64,000 bases of DNA from Octopus vulgaris (GCA_951406725.2 OX597821.1:114142001-114206000); one strand, 5' to 3'. Shown: positions 40,112 through 57,866, counted from the stretch's first letter. The notes: generated by a model not told the origin, from the sequence alone. Program-made: numbers and translations.

Positions 40112-40436
40112 AAGGAATTAAGTAGATAAGATCCTGGCTACATATGTTTCATAGCGAGCGGAACCTCAGAAATGGTAAATATCCAAGCGAGGTGTATAAT
40201 GCAGGCAACTCTTGAGGCCAAGGACACCTTGTTTAAAGGAAAGTTTACTTTGTCGCAAGGAGGTACATGTTAACACATGGAAGATTCAATCACATTCTGA
40301 TTGTTAACATGTACCTCCCTGCGACAATGTAAACTTTCTTTTAACCAAGATGTGCTTGGCCTGAAGAGCAGCCTGCTTTATACACCTCGCTTGCTATGAA
40401 AAATATGTAGCCAGAACCTTATCTACTTCATTCCTT
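40112..40436. mobile_element. Diverged fold-back element with hammerhead in the arms
   Basis: Inverted arms; UGGC-CUGAAGA-GCAGC...GCUAU-GAAA(A/C)-AUAU-GUA-GCCA at 40357-40413. Confidence 0.75.
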
Positions 40437-40537
40437 AACTCTTGTATTCTTATTCGCACCCAGCAAAAAGAATCCACAACCTTCCGTTTCAGTAAACCAC
40501 TATTGTCCCCGAAAGTTGTTTTAATTTTTATTACGGA

Positions 40538-40600
40538 TTTATCATATATATTCAGAAAAAGATACCATACAGCCACTAAAAAAAATCATACAGACCAGTG
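40538..40600 (-). mobile_element. Chapaev3 terminal fragment
   Basis: Matches 46861-46923, ends CAGACCAGTG-TAA. Confidence 0.7.
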
Positions 40601-40678
40601 TAATCAAAATAATTCTTCCTACACCTCGATCCCTGGATCTTGTATGTATGTATATATAGATATATGTGTGTGTGTATG

Positions 40679-40798
<120 letters not shown>

Positions 40799-40846
40799 TA
40801 CATATATATATAAATATGTACATATATGTATTTATTTATATATATA

Positions 40847-40885
<39 letters not shown>

Positions 40886-40904
40886 TATTATATGTATATA
40901 TTTT

Positions 40905-41124
40905 TTCTCTTTTACTTCTTTCGATCATTTGACTGCGGCCACGCTGAAGCACCGCCTTTAGCCGAGCAAATCGACCCCAGGACTTATTCTTTGAAAGCCT
41001 AGTACTTATTCTTTCGGTCTCTTTTGCCGAAACGCTAAGTTACGGGGACGTAAACACACCAGCATCGGTTGTCAAGCGATGTTGGGGGACAAACACAGAC
41101 ACACAAACATATACACACACATAC

Positions 41125-41220
<96 letters not shown>

Positions 41221-41385
41221 GACGGGCTTCTTTCAGTTCCCGTCTTCCAAATCCACTCACAAGGCTTTGGTCAGCCCGAGGCTATAGTAGAAGACATTTG
41301 CCCAAGGTGCCACGCAGTGGTACTGAGCCCGGAACCATGTGGTTGGTAAACATGCTACTTACGACACAGCTACTACTGCGCTTAT
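40905..41385 (-). mobile_element. SINE family A, full length
   Basis: Reverse complement of 14963 copy. Confidence 0.9.
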
Positions 41386-41405
41386 TATTTATTTTATTCA
41401 TATAT

Positions 41406-41449
<44 letters not shown>

Positions 41450-41879
41450 GCGCGCGTGTGTGTGTATTGTTACAGGTTTCCACATATTTTCTGGCCACCA
41501 AATTTCACTGACAAATGTTTGATTGAACCAAAATCACCTGTTCAAAGAGCCGCGCATTGAGATTAAATATATAACCATCTGGCTGGGAATCGAATTTGGT
41601 ACGCATACGGCCAAAACATTGTGAATACTATTTATGCTTACTCAGAAATATATAAATATATCTTTTCAAACATTATTTAAGGTTCTTTCCCTCAGAAAAC
41701 CACTTGCATAACTGCATTGAAAATCTTTATATGGAAGTATTATGTCTTGGAACTTTAACAGACAGTAACCATTTCTTTCTTGTGTCAACATTCTAGGCTG
41801 TATTATAAACAGACATGCTCACATAAACACATGCACACCGCACAAATAAACGCACAACAAATTCATGAACACACACACA

Positions 41880-41915
<36 letters not shown>

Positions 41916-42593
41916 CACACATACATATACATATCTATCCATATCTATCCATATGTATTTATGTATGTATACAGAAATCAAAACAAATATATATCTGGCG
42001 TGCAAAAACACATAAATATACATATACACATATGTGTCTTGATATATGCTTACTCAAACCGCTTCATATGTCTCAGGTCACAGATGCAGGTTTACCTGTC
42101 TTTCCACATCACGATAAAACCACATGTAGAAGAAATCTCTTAAATAAATAGTCTTTGACTAATTCTGCAGATGTTAATCTTTTCATGTTAACCGACGTTT
42201 TGACTAGATCTCTGCTGTTCTTCATTAATTTTGTCCCATTCTTAATATTTAAACATCAATCTTTATACATTATTCATATTCAAATTCCTAACCTTTAAAT
42301 ATAAATATTGATGGGTTTTTTTAATAAAGTTTTATGCTATTCAATCTGAAATTTAGTCAAGAACTCTAAAATCATGAGTAGAATGCCGCCATAAATTGTA
42401 CACACAACAAATTTGTTACCATAACTTGACCTGAAAGAAATAACGGCCAAATTTTCTGCAAATCCTATTCTATCTTTTTAGAAAATGAAGGGCAAATGAA
42501 TATATTTTTAGAGACAGCATGCCTGGAAAACTTGGAACGTTGCTGTTCATTATAAGAGGGATCGGGCAAATCTGTGTGGTTAAAAAGTTGGTC

Positions 42594-42632
<39 letters not shown>

Positions 42633-42668
42633 GGATGGATGGATGGATGTATATATGCATATATATAT

Positions 42669-42730
<62 letters not shown>

Positions 42731-42942
42731 TTTATTTAAAGCAGCAGAAAATTCCACAAAACCTGTTACTCTGAGTTTCGCGTTGCCGTTCGTCGGACAG
42801 TTTTTGCTAGAAAAAACTGTCCGACGAACGGCAACGCGAAACTCGGAGTAACAGGTTTTGTGGAATTTTCTGCTGCTTTAAATAAAACATATTACTCTTC
42901 AACTAGTATTTGAGTACTCTTTTTTCCACCTTGTTTCACATT
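42731..42942. mobile_element. Fold-back hammerhead element adjacent to (TA)n
   Basis: Near-perfect 75-bp arms 42731-42805 / 42812-42886 plus tail; CUGU-CCGACGA-ACG(GCAA)CGC-GAAAC-UCGGA-GUA-ACAG at 42817-42854. Confidence 0.85.
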
Positions 42943-42944
42943 CC

Positions 42945-43143
42945 CCTGCTCAATTCAAGATCACAACATACATGTACACTGCAACATAATTTCTTTTCCT
43001 CAACAGGCCCTGCCCTATTCAACATTGTCCCGAGAGAGATCAAAAAGGAAAAGGATCCCATCAACTTTAAACAGAGTCTGGATATATTCCTTCAAAGTAT
43101 ACCAGATAAGCCACCCATAATTGGATACAACTCACCTAACAAG
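42945..43143 (+). mobile_element. CR1/L2-group LINE RT C-terminal fragment
   Basis: [29 protein letters not shown]. Confidence 0.75.
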
Positions 43144-43144
43144 A

Positions 43145-45224
<2,080 letters not shown>

Positions 45225-45509
45225 TTCGACAAACATTTGGTGTGTATTGTGATTACAGCTGTGATGCTTAGCTTGCAGTTTTCAGGAATCAGTAGACATT
45301 TTGTTGTTAAAGAAATAAGGGCAAAAAATAAAAGTTATATTCTATAACAGATACTATGGACGACGATTCAGTCAAATGGCGGGAACTTATATGTTGTCGA
45401 TAGTTTATGGCCAAGTCTAACACATTCACCGTTCAACAAACAAACATGTCTCACTTAAATATACATTATTGTTTCTCATTGTTTTAATCCGAACTGAAAA
45501 GACCTACAA

Positions 45510-46923
45510 CACTGATCTGCATTTGGGATTTTTTTTTTTATTCATGGATGTGATGTTACATATTCTTTGGGTCCTGATTTTAAATATCTAAACCATTTTG
45601 CTCTGTCACTTAAGGATGTTGAATAAAATACAAATTAATAATAATAAAAAATGTGAACTTTTAATAAATTGTTACTTTATTAAAATGAAGTATGTAACCA
45701 AGGAAAAGCACATTCTGTTAGTTTTAAGAACATATGTTTTCCAAATCAACATGAAATGAGTCAGAATTATCAACATCAAAGCAACTGAATGTGAAAAATA
45801 TGCTCGTAATGGTTAGCTATATATTGATTCAACGGAAGGAGGACCGCTTTGATTTTCCGCTTCTGTTGTGCAACGGGACCATCACGTTTCAATGACAAGC
45901 AGTAACCCACCATCATGTTGACATTCCATTTGCCCTTGTATCGAGTTTCCGTAGTGCAAATGTCTTGATGAACCACTCTCCTTGTTCTTCACTATAGTCC
46001 CCTCAATTCTTGGGGAAAAGTCAAGATTCGAGTGCAAAAAATGCATCTTCCCACTCATTCTAGACCCAAGTTGTTGGAAACTTGATATCAGGTCTTGGAT
46101 CATTTTTTCATATTCTGGGGAGCGGCTGCTTCCCAAGAAGTTTTGGACATACTTCTTGAAGGAAAACCAGGCATTCACTTCGACACCTGTAATGCTTCCT
46201 CAAAATCCTTGTCCCTCATCAATTCCTGAATCTAAGGGCCAACAAAGATTCCTGCTTTTAGCTTCACTTCACTTATACAAGGAAACTTTGACTCCAGGTA
46301 CTTGAAATTTCCCGTGACACAGGTACAGGAATATCATCTGAGTGTGGAACAGGCCTTACTGCTGAAGGACTATTTGGGTATATTATGCGATCTTTAGTCT
46401 TCTTGTTGAATTCAAAGTAGCAGTAATATTGGTTCATTCGTTCCCGCCATACCTTTTGTACAACAAAGGGCATATATTTAAGTTTTCCAACTGACACATT
46501 TGAAGCTTACTGATGCAGTTCATGAAAGCTTTGTGAGGTGCAAATGGCTTGCCCTGGTATCCCAGTTTGCAGCCAAAAGAAGCTAAATAGCAGGGCGTCA
46601 GCAAAGGAGTAATATTGTTCCGGGAATCTGAAGGAGTAAATTGCCTGCAGACATAGCAGAATATATCTGGTGAATTGATGTAGCCTCTAGACATATTCAC
46701 AGACTGAAAATAAAGAAAAAATATTACATTTAACATTTAAGTCAATATAAGGTAAGAATTTTAATTTATCATTTACTTAATACAAAAAGAGTAAAGTAAC
46801 GTCTCAGTATAACTTGACAACCCGATATGATAGAGATGAATAAAAATCACAATGACTCATTATTTATCATATATATTCAGAAAAACATACCATGCAGCCA
46901 ATAAAAAACTATGCAGACCAGTG
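45510..46923 (-). mobile_element. Chapaev3 (CMC) DNA transposon, internally deleted
   Basis: TIR CACTGATCTGCAT / ATGCAGACCAGTG, flanks CAA/TAA; MSRGYINSPDIFCYVC, GCKLGYQGKPFAPH, GIFVGP, MSGKMHFLHSNLDF, HQDI..ETRYKGKW remnants. Confidence 0.8.
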
Positions 46924-47135
46924 TAATCCCAAAAGATTTCAGCTGTAAGCAAAGCATCTTTATCTCAGGCTTAGTGTAGCTAGGACAACATTAGTCCAGT
47001 GTGTTCTTTTCTAGGTTTATGGAGCATAAATTAAGAGTGATTAGGTTACTATTTATAACAGGCTCTACCGTTTGTCCTTTCCATGTGTGCGTATACATTT
47101 TTTATCTGTATGTGTATATCAACTTTATGTATTTA

Positions 47136-48182
47136 CAGGGTGCTTGGGCTAAATTTGACAGTTTGCAAAAGAAAACCCAGAAAAGTAGACACAATATTCC
47201 ATCCAAAAATAAAAGTCTTATTAAAAAAAAAATCAAAAAATATCAACTAGATTATGGCCATGAGATAAAAGTTTATTCAGTTTCCACCACGATTCCAACA
47301 CGGCTACAAAACCTGAAGCATGCGTTCCTCACTGTATTCCCGGGAATAACTTCGAAAACGTCCTTGGTCTTGGCAACCAGCCCGGCTTTGGTGTTGCATG
47401 CAGAGTGGTCGGAGTCTTTCTCAATCGCACCCAACACACAGTAATCCATGAGACTACAATCAGGGGAATTAAGAGGCCGGAACCTGGGACTGGAAAAGTC
47501 CTAGTAATTTTCCGACAACCACTTCTAACTTTCTTTGAAGGTACGGCAAGGAACCAAGCCCTGCTGCTACACTTTTGGTCTGCCAACAGCAATCTTCTCT
47601 AACCAAAGATTGACTAGTCTCCAGCAGCTTCACATAACCGCCTCAATTGGGCTCAAGGCGTTGTTAAAAGATGTCATCATCATTGTTCGACCGTGGTCGA
47701 GACAATGGAATTTACTATGTTACGTCAGACTTCACGGTCCATCATAGCATTACAGAGATCCTGTTGCTGGATGCCTGTATCCCTGGAGATTACATCAGGT
47801 GTAGGGATGAATTCCGTCATGTAGGAATGAATTCCGTCATGCAGACCGTCAAAACAATTACTGTGTCCCTTTCTGTTGCCCGTAACTTCGTAGTCTCCGT
47901 TGCGGCCGTTCATGTCACGTCTTACAGCCTTTTTAGTGTTCGCAGAGAACCGAGCAGCGGTAACGGTGTCGGCATTTTGATACTCACCGCGAACTATCAT
48001 GATACAAGTAACTCTTTTTCAATATTCGGGTGGCTTCCAGTCCTCCATATCAGGTAACTCTTTCTTAAATATTACTTTAAACTTCATTCTCTCCAACGCC
48101 GTTGACAGTAAAGCAATAGACCAATCTGTACCTTCAAAAATAGGACACATTAACAATGGCCAGATTTAGCAACAACACTCTG
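47136..48182 (-). mobile_element. Tc1/mariner-superfamily element, probably maT (DD37D)-like, decayed
   Basis: TA-CAGGGTG...CACTCTG-TA ends; PLNSPDCSLMDYCVLGAIEK motif. Confidence 0.7.
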
Positions 48183-48224
48183 TAGTACACACACACACAC
48201 ACACACACACTCATACAAGGACCA

Positions 48225-48545
48225 ACTCAAAGCATCACCGAAAGTCGCAGGGATTGAGCCTAAATTGTTTGAAACACAAACCCGAGACCGTACCAAGTAG
48301 CGGTGTTCTATCACAATCGGAATCAAGAGCTTCGAAGCCACCAGAAGAGACAAGGAAGAAATCAAACGACAGGAAGGACAGGCTGCGTAAAATCAACCTT
48401 GCCCTCCACCAACATTACCATTCAGTCAAACCATCGACTCGTCTATGCAAGAACTGGTCTTGAGAGCCATCAACGGCATCACCATGAAGGAAGCGTTCAG
48501 CAATGAAGGAGATACATTCTAGGATACAAGCGAATGCCGTCAACG
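48225..48545 (+). mobile_element. RTE-like LINE 3' fragment
   Basis: DQLKASPKVAGI..FETQTRDRTK*RCSITIGIKSFE. Confidence 0.5.
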
Positions 48546-49178
48546 ACGATGGTATGGGATGTATACATACATAGATACATACATACACACATACATGGTG
48601 GCTGCCCCCTCGTTATCGAGTATGGCCATTACACGAAGCTTAATCAATGTTGTTATCGTGCAATGCCTGTGCAAGATTTTTTTTTAAGTGAGGAAAAGCT
48701 GTGCACTGAGTCAATCCCACTCACTAAGCAATAGCAGCCATAATCCGAAAAGAAGAACAAGTCAACATCATCGGTAACCACCGAGCCGCAGGTTTTATGT
48801 CGGAGTTATTCCAGTTATCTGAGTTACCTTCTCCTGAAGGATGCCCAAACAAAGGCTAAGAGTCCTCTACTCCCAATGGTTTAACCACGCGATCGGGTAT
48901 TCAGTCCGATTATTTCTATGTCCCCGCGTATGATACATCCTTAAGACATTTATTGGATGGCCGTTGACTCTCAAGAGTTCCTCCGCCCTTTGATGGGTTT
49001 TGTTTTTCATCCCGCAGGGTGTCCAATAAACACCCTCCTCACCAAGCAAGCTTGGTGGGGTTGCCGGTTTAGTCGCCGACGACCCGACCATGCAACAGGT
49101 TGTACTGGGTTACATGTTACCAGTAGCACTCGAAAGTGACCTGACATGACATACATACATACAAATACATACATACAT

Positions 49179-49231
<53 letters not shown>

Positions 49232-49817
49232 GAGTAAAACAGCTAGTTTTAAATCTCTGAATGAGAACACACACATACACATACACACATACACACACGC
49301 ACATATACACACGCATACACACACACACATATATATGCATTGTGATATATGTAAATATTATGCTTTTGTATTTTTGTATATATACAAATGCTGTGTAATC
49401 CTTAAGAATATAATAAATATCCTCATCACTGTTCTCGCCGTTGTTGTTATCTTACGTCCGTTTACCAAACTGGTATGAGTTAGACAAAACTCACCAAAGT
49501 AGTATTCTACGACCAGATGCCTTCCTCACATCTGTCGGCAACCCGCGCATGTTCTTTAAGTAAGATGTTATGCCACTGGTTTTTATGAGTTGAAAACCGC
49601 TGAGCTCAGTAGGAGTATTGCTTACAGATGTAAACATGACGCCACAGGATTACTCAAACGGTGTCATGCGAAAACACAGAAAAAATAAATATTTACTCAT
49701 GTGTGTGTGAGTGTGTGTGTGTGTCTATATTTACATTTTATAGATACTCATAAAGATATATGCTATATAAACATTAAATATACATATATTTATATGTATA
49801 TACCATATAAACATCAA

Positions 49818-49934
<117 letters not shown>

Positions 49935-51315
49935 TATGTATGTATGTATAAATATATATACATATATATATATAAATGTTTATATATATATTTATATATA
50001 CATGCATACATTCATACATACTCACATGCATACATACACTAATATAAACGGTAAGTATACAGTATACATACATGTATATATATATCCTATATAAATATTA
50101 AGCTTATAATTATATAATTATATAATTATATAAAATAAACTTTTAAAATCAGTACAAATATGTTTAGGATAAATTTAACCTATAAAAAGGCCATTTACCC
50201 TCCTGTTGTAGGATATGTCCCAAACATTTTGACCTATTCTAAAAGTTTGCTTACTTTACTCAACTGCTTTGCGTGCCAACCATGTTTTTTGTTCCCGCCT
50301 GGCAGTCGTAGCACGTCATCAGTGGTTAATTTCTACTGATTTCTTATAAAGAAGCCAAACCTGCCAGTCATTTCAGAATTCAGCTAACACTAATAAGAGG
50401 ATAAAGAGCTCGAAATGCGTATATTAGTTCATAGGGTGCACTCTCCAATAACTGTTACGTTTTACTGTTCCTTTTTGATATCAATACTCCCTTAGAACAT
50501 CGCTAGCTTTCTGCTACAAACTTTGTTTAAAGTGATCTAAATTAATATCTTGCGTCAAAATTTCACGTTAATCAATATTCCAAACACTAACTTAGTAATT
50601 CTTAAGTTATTTTCCAAATTACTTGAAACTAAGGCAGTGTATTTCAACCGAAAAATGGTAACAACGGGGTTAACGTGATCTCAATTAAAACCATATATTC
50701 CAAACATTATTATAACATTGACAAGGTTATTTTACTAAATTCTTCATTACTTTCAAAGTTAATTGGAATAAAGGCATTGAATTCCAACAGAAATATGATA
50801 ACATAAAGGTTAATGCTCTTGAAAATAGAATACTTTTTTATTACGTTCTAGACGGTTGTTTCCGAGGTTTCTACCCACAAAGATCGAAGAAGCCCCGTTC
50901 TCACTCTTTTCTTTCATTACATCCAACAGAACGGAGATTCCTGCTTATCCTAGTGAACAGAAGAAAGTGGTAATAAAAGACAACTGCCATCAAGAATGCC
51001 TTACCATTCCGGAGGCGCTGTTTCGATATGCATCCGTTTCCAGTTCATATATGTTAAATTTTAAAAAAGGAGCTGTAAATTGATAAATTAACCATGATTA
51101 AGATTGATCGGTTTCCATGGCATCCAGAGTATGTTTCTGGAATAGTTTCTGCCAAAAAATTTAACCTGACGAAAAGCAAACCAGAACCTCTGAAATCAGG
51201 CACAAGAGATAACGTCGGGTTTGGAATTAAAACAATAAACAAAGTAACAAAAAAAAAGAACAGAAGAAAATAAGAATGTTGAACAGCTGCAAAATTCAAT
51301 CTGTCTATTTATCAA

Positions 51316-51405
<90 letters not shown>

Positions 51406-51514
51406 ATATACATATATGTATGTATATATATATGTATATACATATATGTATGTATATATATATATATATATGCATACATATATGTATATATATATGTATA
51501 CATATATACATATG

Positions 51515-51558
<44 letters not shown>

Positions 51559-51560
<2 letters not shown>

Positions 51561-52287
51561 ACAACAATTGAGGAATGGTCTTAATAGGCCATTCGACCCA
51601 CTAGAAAGAGCAGCCAGGACTCAAACCGCCAAGTAGTAGTAATTCAGAAATTAAAGGAAAATTTTAAAACATTTACCCTAATTCATCTTTAGACAATGCA
51701 TTGTTTCGGTGTTTTTAATGGCAAACCAGCTTAATTAAATTAAATTAAGTCAATCCACCAAAGGCTACACCTCATCGGTAAAGAGGCCAGGAGAGACGGA
51801 TATACACGAGGCATCTGTATCTATGCCCTAGGAATATCTGCCCTAAAATCAGCAGTTTATATTTACTGCTGATAAGTTGGCGCGAGTACGATGGTTTTGA
51901 AAATTTTAGGGCAGATATTCCTAGGGCATAGATACAGATGCCTCGTGTATATCCGTCTCTCCTGGCTTCTTTACCGATGAGGTGTAGCCTTTGGTGGATT
52001 GACTTAATTTAATTTAATTAAGCTGGTTTGCCAATTAAAAACACCGAAACAATGCATTGTCTAAAGATGAATTAGGGTAAATGTTTTTAAATTTTCCTTT
52101 AATTTCTGAATTACTACTACTTGGCGGTTTGAGTCCTGGCTGCTCTTTCTAGTGGGTCGAATGGCCTATTAAGGCCATTCCTCAATTGTTGTTGAATTTA
52201 TATATATAGTCTTTGACTATTTTCTCTTTCTCACTAGACCGCTGGTGGCGATAAATTTCTATTGAATTTTTTCCTACCCTATATTGA

Positions 52288-52295
<8 letters not shown>
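51559..52295. mobile_element. Fold-back hammerhead element (~290-bp arms + ~100-bp tail) in (TA)n
   Basis: Arms 51559-51849 / 51903-52194 nearly identical; tail TAGACCGCTGGT...CTACCCT. Confidence 0.9.
51968..52067 (+). ncRNA. Type-I hammerhead ribozyme, U4C core (mirror copy 51686-51784, minus)
   Basis: UCUUUA-CCGAUGA-GGUGU...ACACC-GAAAC-AAUGCAUU-GUC-UAAAGA; 12-nt palindromic stem III; GUC triplet. Confidence 0.85.
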
Positions 52296-52321
<26 letters not shown>

Positions 52322-52357
<36 letters not shown>

Positions 52358-53090
52358 ATTTGGCTCAAAAGCAAATAGCAAGGCCATGTAGGGGGACATG
52401 GAGTTAAGTACAGGGTGGTGTTCATGTAAAGAGTTCAGGCCACTTGAGGTCCAGGGAGGCTTTGAACAAAGCGGTCGTCGGCATCTTCACCATCTCGTCT
52501 GGCAGCTTGTTCCACGGATCCGCAACCCGGACGGAGAAAGCTCCTCTCCTTCGATTGAGATGAAATCGTCGCAGGTAGAGCTTTTCGGAATGACCCCGCA
52601 GCCGACGCTCCGGAGCAGGAGTGAAGAACAGCTCTTTCGAGAGGTTACACTTCCCGCTTATGATGTTGTGGGCGAGAATGAGATCACCACGGCGGCGGCG
52701 TTTTTCAAGAGAATAAAGGTCGAGCGTCCTCAGCCTTTCTTCGTAGGACAAATTTTTGAGACCATGAACCATGCGGGTAGCCAGCTTCTGGACTCTTTCG
52801 AGATGCTGTATGTCTTTGAGGAGATAAGGAGAAGAGGCTTGAATCCCATACTCCAATATGGGTCTCACCAGCGTGACATAGAGTGGCAGGAATATGGCTG
52901 CTATGAGCATTCCGAATGACCGTCGAATCAAAAACAGAATTCCGCGCGCTTTGTTGGCAGCATGGACGCACTGGGCCGAAGGCGAAAAGGAGGAATCCAC
53001 CAAGATACCCAGGTCCTTTACCTGATCGGTCCTCTCCAGCAGCAGACGACCCGGCTCGAAATCAAGTTGAGTTGCAGGAGTAGAGCCGAC
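52322..53090 (-). mobile_element. 5'-truncated CR1 LINE with (TAAC)n tail
   Basis: Uninterrupted ORF 52422-53003: LYVTLVRPILEY, LERVQKLATRMV, YEERLRTLDLYSLEKRRRRGDLI, PWNKLP. Confidence 0.95.
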
Positions 53091-53094
53091 AGGC

Positions 53095-53185
<91 letters not shown>

Positions 53186-53365
53186 GTATATAAGTATATG
53201 TATACATGTATATATGCGTTATGGATAGATAGATAGATAGATAAACGGATGGATGGATGGATGGATACATACATACATACATATATACATGCATACATAC
53301 ATACATACATACATACATACATACATACATACATACAAACGTACATACATACATACATACATACG

Positions 53366-53396
<31 letters not shown>

Positions 53397-53403
<7 letters not shown>

Positions 53404-53675
53404 CCAATTAAGGACTGAACACGAAAAGTGGACAGTCAACATGCTAGATATAGACGTCAAATCGTCATTCTCCACAAAAGATTATGTTCTCAGATCAAAC
53501 ATAAGAACATAATCTTTTGTGGAGAATGACGATTTGACGTCTATATCTAGCATGTTGACTGTCCACTTTTCGTGTTCAGTCCTTAATTGGTATATATAAA
53601 TATTTTAATCTTCGGATTCTTTTTTAATATGCTAGACCACTGGTCTTAATTGATAAATATCAATTTCTACCCTTA

Positions 53676-53690
<15 letters not shown>
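53397..53690. mobile_element. Fold-back element (~90-bp perfect arms + tail) in (TA)n
   Basis: Arms ~53397-53490 / 53504-53597; tail TAGACCACTGGT...CTACCCT related to the 52.2 kb tail. Confidence 0.85.
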
Positions 53691-53715
<25 letters not shown>

Positions 53716-53719
<4 letters not shown>

Positions 53720-54290
53720 GATGCAGGAAGTAAATAGACACCTTTAATTTTCAAAATTTCTGATCTAAGTGTCTTAATATGTTTTCAGCGGTGTAGAATT
53801 TACAATGTAATTATTCTTTTTCATTCCAGGTGCCATTATGTTAAACATTTATGAAGAGTAACCATGCCATGCACAAAATAATTCAGCAGAACTGTCAGAT
53901 TTTCAAAGAGGTCGTATTCTTGGGAAATCTGAGGCTGGTCTCAACTAGTGAAAAATTGCCGAAAATCTTCAAATTCCTGTTGCTAGTGTTAATAGATTTA
54001 TAGTGCAATTCAAAAGCTAAGGAAAAGAATCAACAGATTCTCGTCCCGGGCGACCTGGGCCCTCGGAAAGAAAGCTTCGCTGTTTGAAGAGGATTGTGGA
54101 AAACGAACCCCGTTCGAAGGCTTCTGTCATGGCAAAACAGTTAGAAGTTAGTCCAAGAACGTGTGTTACATATCTGCACAAGCTTGGGTATTATGGACGA
54201 GCAGCTAGGAAAAAACCTCTCCTTCAACCAATTAATATCAAATAAAAGATTTTGAAAATTAAGGGTGTCTATTTACTTCCTGCATGTCTG
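53716..54290 (+). mobile_element. Internally deleted Tc1-like element
   Basis: TIRs CAGAGATGCAGGAAGTAAATAGACACC / GGTGTCTATTTACTTCCTGCATGTCTG; ELSDFQRGRILG, RPGRP, GYYGRAARKKPLL remnants. Confidence 0.88.
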
Positions 54291-54429
54291 TGTATATACA
54301 TACACATACACACATATATATACATATATGCATGTATCCACACATATATTCCTACATACGCACACACATACACACACAAACATCCATCCATACATACACA
54401 CACACACATACAGATACGTAATTACTCTT

Positions 54430-54838
54430 TTACTCTTTTACTCTTTTACTTGTTTCAGTAATTTGACTGCGGCCATGCTGGAGCACCGCCTTTAGTCGAG
54501 CAAATCGACCCCGGGACTTATTCTTTGTAAGCCCAGTACTTATTCTATCGGTCTCTTTTGCCGAACCGCTAAGTGACGGGGACGTAAACACACCAGCATC
54601 GGTTGTCAAGCAATGCTAGGGGGACAAACACAGACACACAAACATACACACACATACATATATATATATATACATATATACGACAGGCTTCTTTCAGTTT
54701 CCGTCTACCAAATCCACTCACAAGGCATTAGTCGGCCCGAGGCTATAGCAGAAGACACTTGCCCAAGATGCCAAGCAGTGGGACTGAACCCGGAACCATG
54801 TGGTTGGTAAGCAAGCTACTTACCACACAGCCACTCCA
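54430..54838 (-). mobile_element. SINE family A, full length
   Basis: Reverse complement of 14963 copy. Confidence 0.9.
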
Positions 54839-55082
54839 TACACAGACAAAGTAATATGCACGTTCGTGTAACAATCTAGTTAATTTCACATTAACATCAA
54901 ATATTTTTCTCTTTGCTATTTTTAATTTCCATTTACATAAGGAGCCTCAATTTTAACCTGGTGGTTGCCAGATAAGACCTAGTCCTCCCCCACACAATAA
55001 CAACATTGACTGGGGGTGAATCTTTTGCATTCAGGTGAGTAAACAAACCCCTAATTGTTACATAGGGAATTCTTCTTATTTT

Positions 55083-55129
<47 letters not shown>

Positions 55130-55154
55130 AATAATAATAATAATAATAATAATA

Positions 55155-55220
<66 letters not shown>
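55083..55220. repeat. Compound microsatellite (ATC)n(ATA)n(ATT)n
   Basis: Directly visible. Confidence 0.95.
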
Positions 55221-55616
55221 TTGTATAATTGCAACAATGCGACAAGAATAATCAAAATAAACGGTTCCGTTTGTTTATTCTTATTTTCCCGATCCACATT
55301 ACTCGTGTTCTTGTTCTTGTTATTTCTGTATTGTTACTCTTATAGTTGGGGTGAGGTGGGGTGTAGCACGTGGTGGAGGCGAGTGTTGCTGATGTTGTTG
55401 TTGTTTTTGTTCTTCTTCTTCCTTTCTTTTTTTCTTTCTTTCTTTCTTTCTTTGATGTTGTTTTAAATAAAATATATCTCATATGGTGTTAGGTTTATTT
55501 GCTTATTTTCCCAATTCCGTCTGACGTTTCTTCGCGACGCGATTCCTTTATGCTTCGCTTTCAAAAAATAAAATTCAACCAAAATAATAGCATCAACAAT
55601 AACATCAATAACAACT

Positions 55617-55680
<64 letters not shown>

Positions 55681-55819
55681 CAACAACAACAACAACAACA
55701 TCAACAAAATAACAATTCCATAACGTATTCACTTCAGCTGATTTAGCCTTTCCATATTTCTTTTCCTATCTATGTGTCTAGTTATCTATCTGTCTGTCTA
55801 TCTATCTATCTATCTATCG

Positions 55820-55865
<46 letters not shown>

Positions 55866-56156
55866 CTATCTATCTGCCTCTCTATTCATCCATCTATCCA
55901 CCTATCTGTCTGTCTGTCTCTCTGCCTGTCTATCTATCTGTCTATCTGTCTATTTAACTATCAATCAGTCTATCTAGCTATCTATCTGTCTAGATGTCCA
56001 TATCCATCTGCATCTCTTTCTCTTTTTCTCCTCTTTGATATCATTATTCTCTTTCAGTTTTCCTTTAGTCTCAAATCTTTCTTTCTCTTTCTGTGTGTGC
56101 GCGCATGCGCATGAACTATATGGTATCTATTTGTACACACAAGATATATTAGCTAG

Positions 56157-57866
<1,710 letters not shown>

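Noticed and set aside
51098-51200. Hairpin UGGCA..UGCCA-GAAACCGAUC (minus) and CUGACGA (plus)
   Set aside because: Core and stems do not assemble into one hammerhead on either strand
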